A stretch of DNA of 62,392 bases, filler included, from Vannella sp. (Eukaryota): the NCBI GenBank assembly GCA_023345925.1. It is 8 parts of 8 records of this genome, joined end to end, with 100 filler letters (N's around TTAATTAATTAA, not from the genome) between each part and the next. Parts side by side here need not be neighbours in the genome. Positions count along the whole stretch, not along the records: positions 31,918 to 40,322 come from JAJQQN010001316.1; positions 40,423 to 47,452 come from JAJQQN010000623.1; 6 more parts are not named here. One strand, written 5' to 3'. The position numbers were made by a program, and so were the translations under genes. Under the pieces are notes generated by a model, which did no database searches, was not told where the DNA came from, and saw only the letters and a list, made by a program, of their open reading frames with translations. Shown one piece after another: positions 34,599 through 45,295 of the stretch (position 1 is the first letter of the stretch; the number at the start of each line of letters is the position of its first letter).

Positions 34599-35810
34599 AT
34601 GGAGAGCCAATGGAAGGCAATTCCCCTCGTTCCTGTTCATTTCCTCTTGGCCATGTCCCTAAGCAGACCCTTTCTCAACTCCTTTGCTGTGGCGAAGGTG
34701 TACCCGCGGGAGGGTATGATCAACTCTCTAGACTTCTCATTTGATGGAGAGTTGCTGGTGGCAGGAGCGGATGACGCTTCGCTTGTTTGCTACAACGCCG
34801 TCTCTGGCAAGTGAGTCCTTTGATCACGGAAGAGGAGCGTGGGGATTTACACTGTTCATAGAGATGAGTGTATGCTCTTCAACAAGAAGACAGGGATCAG
34901 CCACGTCCGCTTCACACACGCAAATTCAGCTGTCATTTGCGCCCCACGGCCTGGCACTCAATCGCGTAGGCTCCTGTCTCTGATCATCAGCTTGTATGTG
35001 CCTCTAACAGCTTCTGTTTCCTTTAGCTTCTCTCCAGTACTGGTCCCTTCACGAGAACAAGGTTTTGAGGGAGTTTCCTGGACACCAAGACAAGTAAGTC
35101 CGTCATAGGTCCTATTACAGTAGCTGACTCGCCCCTTCAAGCATCACATCTCTGAGTATGTCCTATGAAAACGATGGATTCCTCTCAGGCTCAATGGATG
35201 GAACCATTCGCCTTTGGGACCTCCGAGATCCTGCTTGCCGAGGCGTTCTCCATTGTGGATTTGCAGATAGGCGCCCTCTTCTTGCTTCGTTTGACTTGGA
35301 AGGAGTGGTCTTCGCTGCAGTCTTAGGCCCGAATGAGATCAAATTGTACGATGCACGGAAAATTGGGGAGCCCTTCAGCACCTTCTACCCTCAGCAACTC
35401 ACTTCTACCTGGCGAAATATCGAGTTTTCGAGTGGCGGAGGGAATCTCATCTTACTGACCTCCGCCCAAGGCATTACTGTGATTAACTCGTTTAATGGGA
35501 ATCTGGCAAGTCTGAGTGACTTGGGTTGGTCCTTTACTCATGCTATTGACAGGTACAACAAATCACTGCAACACACAACCCCAACGGACACCCTCTTCAG
35601 GCTTCCTTCTCTCCCGATGGCCAATACATTCTGTGCGGTTCGGAGGATGGCAGCGTTCTTGTCTTCAGCTCGACCAGCAACGAGCAAGTGGCCAGGTGGA
35701 CATCTCGTCCACCACACCCACACCCTGTCTGTCTCACTCGGTTCAATCCACGTCTAATGATGGCCGTTTCAGCCAGCAAACACTTGGCAATGTGGCTCCC
35801 CCGGGGTTAA
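34599..35810 (+). CDS. WDR82: WDR82/Swd2 WD40 protein, 4 introns including one GC-AG; start may be 34653
   Basis: INSLDFS, FTHANSAVI, WSLHENK..REFPGH, FLSGSMDGTIRLWDLR, ASFSPDGQY. Confidence 0.88.
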
Positions 35811-35930
35811 ATAAACCTTCTTCCAGCCCTTCTACGTGCCCCTTTCTCCTCTCCTCATGAGGAGAGCTCTTGGACGTTGTAACGGGCGAGAATCTGTTCA
35901 TTTGGAGGCTGCCAGAGGGAGAGGGAGGTC

Positions 35931-38741
35931 ATGCGCGGGCTTCTTCCTGTTTTGTTGTTCTTTGGGCTTTGCTGCTGGAGTGTTGGTGCTAGTAGAGATG
36001 TTACCCTAGATCTTTCTTCCTTTGAGTGGCAACTGAGCAATGAGCGGGGCTACAACAACGTGACAATGCCTGGACAAGTCCCTGGCAATGTCTTTACCGA
36101 TTTGATGGCTGCGGGGGTACTGGATGATCCCTATTTCCGATTCAATGACTTGAACTATCGATGGGTATCACTTGACAACTGGACCTACTCCACTGCGATG
36201 GTTCTTCCCTCTTCTGTTCGAGCACATTCGCGCGTCCTCCTCTGGTTTGAAGGGTTGGACACAGTAGCGCGTATTTTGGTGAATGGGGCTGCTGTAGGAC
36301 ACAGCAACAACATGTTCCGTCGCTATCTCTTTGACATCAAACCCTTCCTGAGCCAAACGGGAGCTCCCGATGCGCTCAAGATCGAGTTTATCTCTTCTGC
36401 CCTCTACGCTGAACATCAGGCCCGAGACGCTGGGTATCACATACCTCAGAGCACTTACAAGGTAACTGGCCTCTTATACATCGCTCCCGATGCTCACCGA
36501 ACGCGCCAAGACTGAACTCCCTCATCGCAACTTTGTCAGGAAGGCCCAATGCCACTCAGCGTGGGACTGGGGACCTTGCTTCCTCACTCAAGGCGTCTGG
36601 CTATCTGCTTCCATTCGAGCCTTCTCTGATGCAGCCATTCAATACGTTGCTCCTCAAGTGACTCCATTGGGGGACTCTCTGGCCGCGTGGAACGTTGGTG
36701 TGAGCTTAATACCATCCTTCCTACTTCATTGGTACTTATGAATCAAACAGGTCGATGTGTGGATCCTTCCAGCAGGACGGGAGGTGGAAGGGACTCTCAC
36801 AGTAACGTTGAAAGGATATTCAGTGGAGATACCGCACCTACGACTTGTAGGAACAGAGTCAATGAAGGTTCCAGTCAATCTGCGTGTGAAGACATCAAAG
36901 TCTGATCTCTGGTGGCCGCGGGGATATGGGGAATCTCCTCTCTTCCCATTGAAAGTGACATTCCATCCCACCTCCACCTCCAATTCCTCCCAAGTTCAAG
37001 AGCAAACGGTTTCTGTGGGCTTTAGAAAGGCAAGGATAGTTCAAGACCCAATCAAAGGTCAAGAAGGGCTCACTTTCTACATTGAAGTGAACAATGTCCC
37101 TGTTTTCGCAAAGGGCGCCAATTGGATTCCTGCAGACGCGTTTGAGAGTCGCGTTAATGCTTCTGTTATTCGGGGATTAGTGAAGAGTGCCTACGATGCG
37201 AACATGAATACTCTTCGCAATTGGGGAGGCGGAATCTACCAACACGATGCGTTTTACCAAATCTGTGACGAACTTGGCATCATGGTTTGGGAGGAATTCA
37301 TGTTTGCATGCTCCATGTATCCCCGAGACGATCAATTTTTGGATACTGTGCAAGAGGAAGTGAGACATCAAGTCCTCAGGCTAATGCATCATCCCAGCCT
37401 GATTATCTGGTCAGGGAACAACGAGAATGAGCTCGCTCTCGGCTCTGGCTCAGCTACTGGATGGTACAAAGAGACCCAGTCGAACCCATTCCGCTACGTA
37501 GTGGACTATAACTACCTAAATACGGACACAGTGTATCGCACTGTCCATGAGTTGGATGCTAGTCGGCCATGGCTGCCCTCCTCTCCATCCAATGGTATTT
37601 TATTGGAAGAGCCTTATGTGGAACGCTGGGGAAATCCTGCAGCCCCAGAATGGGGGGACGTTCACTTTTATGACTATACTAGCGACTGTACTGATGTCAG
37701 CATCTATCCTAAGCCCCGCTTTGCTTCAGAATATGGCTTCCAATCTCTACCAAACCTCCGTTCTATGTCTGAGGTGTCTCTGCCAGAGGATTGGAGCCCG
37801 CACTCTCCATTCATGGAGCATCGCCAACACCACCCCAATGGCAATGCGGAGCTTGACCGGTCCATCAAAGTAAGTCCACGCCGTTCTCTTCCATCTCGCC
37901 TTACTGAATTACTCAGCAACACTTCCGGTACCCCAATTCCACCCTCCAAGAGGAAATGTTTGAAGATTGGCTGTACCTCACTCAGTGCGTTCAGGCGCTT
38001 TGCTTGAGAGTTGAATCAGAACACTATCGCCGATTGAAGGGGGACTCTGTCAGAACCATGGGAGCTCTCTACTGGCAACTGAATAGTATCTGGCCTGCTC
38101 CCACTTGGTCTTCCCTTGAATATGGGAACCGATGGAAGGTGGCCCATTACTTTGCGAAAGAGTTCTTTGCAGAAACAATCATCTCCTCCTTCCTGTCTTC
38201 TGGAGACTACTCTGTTTACGTTACCACGGATGGATCCACGCCATTATATGGAACTTGGGTTATCAGCTTAGTGCGTTGGTCTGACGGCCAGCCAATCAAA
38301 ACTTGGAAGGGTGACCACGCTATTCCTAGTTATGGTTCGGTGATGGTGTTCCAAGAGAATCTTGACGCGATGTTCTCCTCTGCTGGAGTCCAAGAGACTC
38401 AAGCTGCCCTGACACTCCAATGGAATGTGCCTGGCCAGGAACCAGTGACCAACCAATTCTTCCCCACCTCCTTAAGTGTTGTAACACTCCCTTATGCGAA
38501 CTTACTGGCGCAAGTGAGTTCCATTCAAGCCACAACTGCATATCTCCAAGTGACTTGCTCCGCTATGGCCCCTTTTACCTTCTTAGAGATCAACCTTGCC
38601 GGTCGCTTCTCTCAAAACGGGTTCCTCTGCCTTCCCTCCAGCCCAGTGTCCGTTCTCTTCTCTAGTGAGGGCGACATTCCTCTCTCCATCGAAGAGTTCC
38701 AACGCGCTCTTCGATTGAAGTCGATAAGAGACACTTACTAG
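35931..38741 (+). CDS. MANBA: Lysosomal beta-mannosidase (GH2), 3 introns
   Basis: Signal peptide; WDWGP, KGANWIP, WGGG, WSGNNENE, RFASEYG, YWQLN. Confidence 0.93.
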
Positions 38742-38808
38742 TCCATAGGGGAGTCCAGAGCTTCTCCCTTCATCAATATAACTCACTTAAACACCATTTC
38801 GCTTCCGG

Positions 38809-40146
38809 ATGCGTTCGGTTGACAGCTCTGCCTCCTCGGATAGGGTCGAGGAGGACTCTTCCGTGTTTGTTTCTGATTCAGAGCACTCGTCGGATGCTTC
38901 TGAGACTGAGACTGAGCTAGAAACCAACGCCCTGGAGAGAGAGTGGGGCTTTAGGCACGTTGTTGTGATGAGAACGCCTTCTCGTTATGAGAGGGTTCAA
39001 GCGGTGGTGTGGAGGTTTGCTACAGAGTATAAGTCGTCTCGGTTAGCTGCATTGTGGGCCGCGGGGAACTTCCTGATGGTCATCTTCGCTGTTGTCGTCT
39101 TCATTGTCCAATCATGGCCTCCGTACTACCACGACAACGAGACACACAACACGACTTGGTTCCTTATAGAGACATCTATAGCTGTAGCCTTCACTATAGA
39201 GTACATCGTACGCCTTCTCTCCGCCCCTCAGCCTTTCAAGTTTGTGAAAGGTAAGTGGAGTCCTGTTCTTCCCTTCTCATCGTTCTAGAGCCCATGAGCA
39301 TCATCGACTTTGTGACCATCATCCCCTACTACATTGAGTTGATCATTTACGTGTCCCAAACCCCCTCAAAGAACATCTCCTTCCTCGCCGTCCTTCGTAT
39401 CCTCCGACTGCTTCGTGTGCTACGGATCCTACGAGTAGCCCGCTTCTTACAAGGAGTAAGAGCTGTGATACGTTCTCTTTTTGAGAGCTGGAGGCCGTTC
39501 GCGACGATGTTCTTCATCCTTTTGGTCGGATTGTTCGTCATGTCAACGCTCGAGTACTATGCTGAGCAAATGGAAGAGACCTTTCATCGTAAGCGACAAG
39601 TGTGGACTTACGATCATCATTCTCTCAAGCCTGGAGTGGAAGGGCCCTTCCAATCCATTCCTCACACAATGTGGTGGGGAATGGTGACAATGACCACAGT
39701 GGGATACGGTGACAACTTTCCTATCACTCCCACAGGCAAGCTAGTGGCCGGAGTGACCATGCTTGTGGGAATTATGGTGAGTTCCCGGAATGCCGGAATC
39801 CAAACATTTCCGGACTCTGACATTTTGGGCGGAGTAGATTCTCTCACTCCCTGTTGGTGCGTTAGCAATCAAATATTCACAGACTATTGAGGAGGAGAAT
39901 AACGCTGTGGAGGAGAAGAAGCTTCTTCATTCTTTGGAGAAGTTAACTGCCAACGAGAGACTCGACGCTGTGCAGCGAATGATCGACCAATTTGAAGAAG
40001 AAATCGAAGAGTTAGGAACTTCTGCTCATAACTTGGCCCACTCAACCACTCTCATGGCAAAGGCTGTCGACCAGCGTAAGTTAGAACACCATCCATCTTC
40101 CTTATCCTCTGACCGCCCATTAGTCCTTTACGAATTTGAGGAATGA
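38809..40146 (+). CDS. Voltage-gated K+ channel (6TM), 2 introns
   Basis: S4 LRILRLLRVLRILRVAR; pore TMTTVGYGD; C-terminal coiled coil. Confidence 0.92.
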
Positions 40147-40492
40147 AGAATTTAATAAGAGTGATTCGACAGATTCGGATGGAATATTGTTTGTCCAGAA
40201 ACACCAAACATCCCTTCTCCCGAAATTTCGTGGAGATCTCGTGGAGATCTGGTCGAAATGGCCAGAATCCTGTCAGGATAAAAGGTTCCCTTCCTTTCCC
40301 CCTCCTTCAGTTTACAAAGTCCNNNNNNNNNNNNNNNNNNNNNNNNNNNNNNNNNNNNNNNNNNNNTTAATTAATTAANNNNNNNNNNNNNNNNNNNNNN
40401 NNNNNNNNNNNNNNNNNNNNNNGCCTGCGATCGGTCAATCGCTTTTAAGTCGGCAATCGATCGCAGGCTCATTTATTTCCTCCTGCTAGCTC

Positions 40493-41338
40493 ATGTCCTC
40501 GCCTCTGGCCACCACCCGCTGCACTTGTTGTCACATCTGCCACACCTCCTTGAAGACATCACGACGAGAATTCTTCCCTTGCACCACCTGCCCCACCATC
40601 ATCTGCCGCCAATGTATTGAACTGGCTGGTCAAGCATGGGAGGATGTCAGTACTGTGACAGACTGGTCATGTCCTCGATGCTGTGACGATTGTCCTTGCA
40701 AACGATGCCGCAACAAAGTGTCACCCACTCCCACACCCAAGCAACCTGAGAAGAAGAAGACCCACAAACGACGACGCGATCGATCCTTTGAAACTGTCTA
40801 CGAGGACAATGCTTTCAAGAGCCAACGGACTTTCACGAATTCCTCTCCCTCCTCTTCCTCCTCCTCTGTGATGAAGGTCATCAAGGCCTCCACACTGGTG
40901 TTCGATCTTCCTGCCTTTACAGCAGCTGACAAGCAACAAAGAGTCGTGGAGCTCTACAACAAGAACCAACAATGCCTCGACTATATTGCACGTACTGAGC
41001 GTCTGTTGACCATGATCCGCGCTGAACAGAGCCGCATCCAAGACGAGATCGAATGCTTGGCGTCTCTCAGTTCTTCTGAGAACTCCCCCGCTCCAATGGA
41101 TCAGGAAGAGCTCCTCCTTCGAGAGGTGGTCGACTCTCTCTACTCCTCCTGCGACGAGGATGAGGAAGGCATGGAACTTCACTCCTCTTCTTCTGACGAG
41201 TACGACGGAGAGAATGATGGCGAGCAAGGAGCTCTCAATGAAGAAGACGTCTCCTTTGCCCTCAAGGTCATCTCCACGGACCTCTCAGAAGAGTCAAGCG
41301 CCATTCAAGACCTCTCTTTCCTCGCTCGTGCACTCTAA
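40493..41338 (+). CDS. zf-4CXXC_R1-like zinc-finger protein
   Basis: CHIC...CTTC...CRQC...WSCPRC..DCPCKRC; basic stretch, coiled coil, acidic tail. Confidence 0.7.
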   Translation: MSSPLATTRCTCCHICHTSLKTSRREFFPCTTCPTIICRQCIELAGQAWEDVSTVTDWSCPRCCDDCPCKRCRNKVSPTPTPKQPEKKKTHKRRRDRSFETVYEDNAFKSQRTFTNSSPSSSSSSVMKVIKASTLVFDLPAFTAADKQQRVVELYNKNQQCLDYIARTERLLTMIRAEQSRIQDEIECLASLSSSENSPAPMDQEELLLREVVDSLYSSCDEDEEGMELHSSSSDEYDGENDGEQGALNEEDVSFALKVISTDLSEESSAIQDLSFLARAL

Positions 41339-41517
41339 GCAACCCTCGTCCTTGTACAGTCGATCGCCATTGCACCCACACCCGCTCCCCTTCCCTCTTC
41401 TCGTTGTTATCGTTATTGTTGGCTTGCCCGTTTGTACAAACTCTTTTCCCGGGCTATAAACCAGTTTTCATATCTCATTGACCTTTCTCCTCTCCCTTCC
41501 TGCCCTCCTCGACCTCT

Positions 41518-43457
41518 TTACAGCAAAAGATTGTCCATTCTCCTTTGGAAGTCCATTGACGTTTGCACTTGGTTGGTGGGAATGGCTCGTTGAGGCACTT
41601 GAGCTTGTCGTGGAGGCATAGAAAGAGGAGCTGGGTCGTACCGCGGGGTGGAAGAAGTGGACGGTCTTGGCGGCGGCGCTTGAGACAACAACGGGGACTC
41701 CAAGCCCGAGGATGGGACACCAGGATGTTCATAACACTGTCCTCTTTGCTCCACACGCGAAGGAGCATGTGGATGCGGATGTAGGTGTGTTCTCTGTGCC
41801 GTGTGAGCGGGAGGAGAAGGATACGAAGGTCCCCTTCGATGTGACATATCTGTTGAGTGCCGTGACTGCGCCGATGAGTGTGTTGGAACGCCTGCCCTCG
41901 CTACGGGAGCGCCACGGGAAGGGACAGAGTGGGAAGAGCTCATTGAGGATCGAGGACGATTGTCCCCTCTTGAAAGGGACGCATGAGAGGTCACTGGGGC
42001 ATGTGAAAGAGGTCTTTGTCCTCTATGTGGTTGCCTCTGAGTTGATACTTGGGAAGGGGAATGAGCGGTAGGGCTTCTTGAGGAGGAATGAATGGGGGAG
42101 CTTGGCTTTTGCTGGCGGTTGAAGGGTGGAGGGCTGGCCAGGAGGTGGTCATCACCAAGTAGATGTCCCTCATCAAAAGGGCCTCGAACGGGCTGCTGCA
42201 CTACCCGCTGTGGCTCTGCGGAGCGTGGAGGAGTGGCTGAACGATATGACGTGGGAGAGTGTGTCTGTGGGGCTCTCTGAGGGTATGCTTGCACTGCAGG
42301 TGGTCCCAAACTACAACTTGGCCCCTCATTAGGACGAGAAGGACTCTTCTCCACCGAAACGGAGAGCCGTTGGCCACGTTCGGGGGCAATCTGATCAAAA
42401 GGAGAGTTCTCTGCGAAGTGTAAGGTCATCACAAAGTGTGAGGCAAAGCGGCTGTCATTCAGCGGACCAGAAGCGGTCCCATCGAGCTCAGAACACTTCA
42501 AAACGTGAGAAGGAACCTGAATGAAGGACGTGTGGAACTGGGCACGCATGATCAAGGACGTAGTACCAGAGACAAAGGAAGTGTGGCTCACACGCAGGAG
42601 GACATCCCCCTCCAGCTCCTGATCTAGGCGAACCACCGCGTTAAAGTCGCCCTCTCCAAAGCGAAGCTGCGTGCCCACGTTAGAGTAGAATGGCTGTTTG
42701 GGTGTCATTGGAGAGCATAGTTCTACAGAAGGACAGAAGCTACCGTCCACTCCCATGGAAGGAACGGGACGGAATTCCACCCCGCGAAGAATAACCTTCC
42801 GGGCTGGAGGGGCGCCACGGTGAGCGACATGAGCAAAGTAGTTACACGTCCTAATCTGTGAGGGAGTCTCCACACCCTCCCCAGTACGGGAACGGCGCTC
42901 AGCAAAGAAGTAAAGCGCTTTCGGGACGGACTCGCACAGTCCGTGGTAGCACAAGAGAGACACGATCGCTGTCCCTGTGCGCCCTCTCCCGGCCAAGCAG
43001 TGTACTACTACAACGTTCTCTGGAGAGCGAGCCAGCCACTCATCCATGGCCTTGACCAGATCGCAGAGCAAAGAGAGCGGAGGAGCGTGGTGATCAGGCC
43101 AGCCAAAGTCTCGTACAGCATGGTGGAACTTGGAGTACGTGTACGGCTTCTGGCTCAGGTTGAAGATCAAGTAATGGTCGCGATGGCGGACGTTGAGGAA
43201 CTTGGCCACGTCATCCTCGTCATTGCGGAAGAGGACGTTCACTTTGTTGCTCATAGCAGGTAACCCCATCGCTATGATACGCTCTGTGATGTACGTCAAG
43301 TCCAGGTCAACCCCCAACTGCCGATCCCTTCCCCTTCCATCAGCACTCGCCCTCTCTCTCCTTTCTCCCCTTCCTTCTCCTTCTTTGCCACTCACTTCAA
43401 CCGGTACTTGTCTCTAGAAACGAGGTGTCTTGCTGTACTGGTCACCCACTCCGCCAT
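41518..43457 (-). CDS. PTEN/tensin-like phosphatase with C2 domain and disordered tail, intron 43328-43395
   Basis: Exon 1 RHLVSRDKYR; DLDLTYITERIIAMG, WPDHHAP, HCLAGRGRTG, PSQIR. Confidence 0.92.
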
Positions 43458-43547
43458 CCCTCAAAGGCAGAAGGGAAATGGTCACGATGAAGGGCGAATC
43501 GTCGAACGGGCCCGCGCTTAACGAACCAGTGTCACCTATTGACGCAC

Positions 43548-43900
43548 TTGGTCGATTGAGTCTCGCACAGCAACCAACAGAGGTCCCCTGGGAGATTCAG
43601 ACACTCCCTCGTTCTCGATGCTGAGGGTGAGGGGGTGTGTGAGGCTGGTGACTCCGCGTCCTTTGCTCTCTCTCTCACCTCCTTTCAGAGGATTTCAGGA
43701 CCGCCTCTGATTACTTTGGTGGCTGCTGGAGTCTTCCACAGCGCTGCCATCGACTTTGGGAGGACGACTTCTCTCGGGCGAGTTCTCTCACTTCGAAAGG
43801 GTGGAGAAGGACAATTGGGGAGGGTCATTCTTTGGCATTCCCAGGAAGGCGGCCTGCTGGTCTCCGGATCAAACCAAAGAGTCAGACTCACAGGAACGAC
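43548..43900 (+). pseudogene. Deleted and frameshifted RCC1-repeat gene remnant
   Basis: Fragments QQPTEVPWE, HSLVLDAEG..CEAG, FQRISGPPLITLVAAGVFHSAAID, GQLGR, HSQEGGLLVSGSN are colinear with the 15832 RCC1 gene. Confidence 0.7.
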
Positions 43901-45295
43901 CAATCAAACCGTTCTCCTTCATTCTGTCACCCATAGAAACAAGAGTGCCCCCTCCTTTAACGCACCTCGCCACTGACAGGAGCTTACCATTGGAAGGGAG
44001 GAAGATTGTTAAGGCTAAAGTGAAAGAGAATTGGACCTTTTTGGTTCCCAAGAGACGCTTCATTCCGATTTGGGTCTCCCATGCGTTGGTCCAAGCGAGT
44101 CACAATGGAAGAAGGACGCCATCCTCAAGATTGGGACCAACGTCATACCCTTTCCATGGGGCCATCAAGCTCCGCATGGAAGAGCGTTTCTTCTGAAAGT
44201 CTCCGAACGGAGAGGAAGTCTCTCATGCATACACATTCCAAGGGCAGAGGGAATGGAAAGAACCACAGGGAAGTAAAAGAATGACAGCAGGACTTCCCCA
44301 TCAACCTCTTTTCTCGAGGCTCAACAACCAGAATTCCCGGAGGTGCATGCACCCGAAGAAATGTTTTCTAATCATCCGCATTAACCACTTTGCTACACTC
44401 TCAAGAGAGCGCCAGGATTCGAACCTGGGAGTTTTGGGCTCTTTGATGCTGAAACGATGAGGCTGCCCCTGGGCATCCTTCAAAAGGACTTGGAAGACGG
44501 AACTGACTCACAAAAGAGAAGCTAAATCACTAGCCCAACGTGTGCACGAACCAGGTGATTCCCTTTCTTTTCTTCCTTTTTTCTCTTTCCTTTTGAGTTG
44601 AGACAAACGAGTCAATCAGGCCGCTTTCTCTCTTGATAGTTGCTGTGAGTAGCACATGCTTGATAAACAAGAACAATTGTCCTCTGGAATGCACGGGGGA
44701 CCCTCTCGAAGCAGCCTCCAGAGGACATCCAGAGTCCATCTTAAGTGCCAAAGAACAATTATTTCGGTTCCGTGGATTTTGTTCAGTTTTTCGCGTTGCC
44801 TATGTCCTTTCAAGGCTGGAAGAGGACTGTATATGGCAAACCTTTCATGATACATTCTTTACTAGACCAACTCAACAACGAGGAGCTTTTCGCGAAGTAC
44901 AAGGCGAGAAAATCCACGAGCCAAGGGAAAGAGGGTCCCAAAACTGGTGTTTGGCGTAGAGTATCCTGATGACCTCCATCTCTTCTTCTTCCCTCGAATG
45001 ATTAACTCTACGCCGCTACTGGGCCCTTCTAGGACGCTCTTCTGGCGACCACGCTTTAAACACATTTAAACTTCGAATTTAAAGCCACTTTTCAACAGAG
45101 GACAGCGGACGTGGTTGAGTGGGGCGGTGAATCCTCTCAGGGCGAAGAAAACACCCAGAAGACATATTAAAAGGTCTGGTGATGACCAGAAATTGGAGAA
45201 GCTCCGAATACCATTCATATCGATGAACGCCGATCTGCGGATGAGTTGACGCAAGGATTTGAGATTTCTGGAGAGCCAGCCAGGTTGGGCCGAAC

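Noticed and set aside
43393..43395. GTG/TTG starts in the ORF track
   Set aside because: Mostly intron donors or internal codons; ATG-bearing first exons exist upstream (e.g. 43457)
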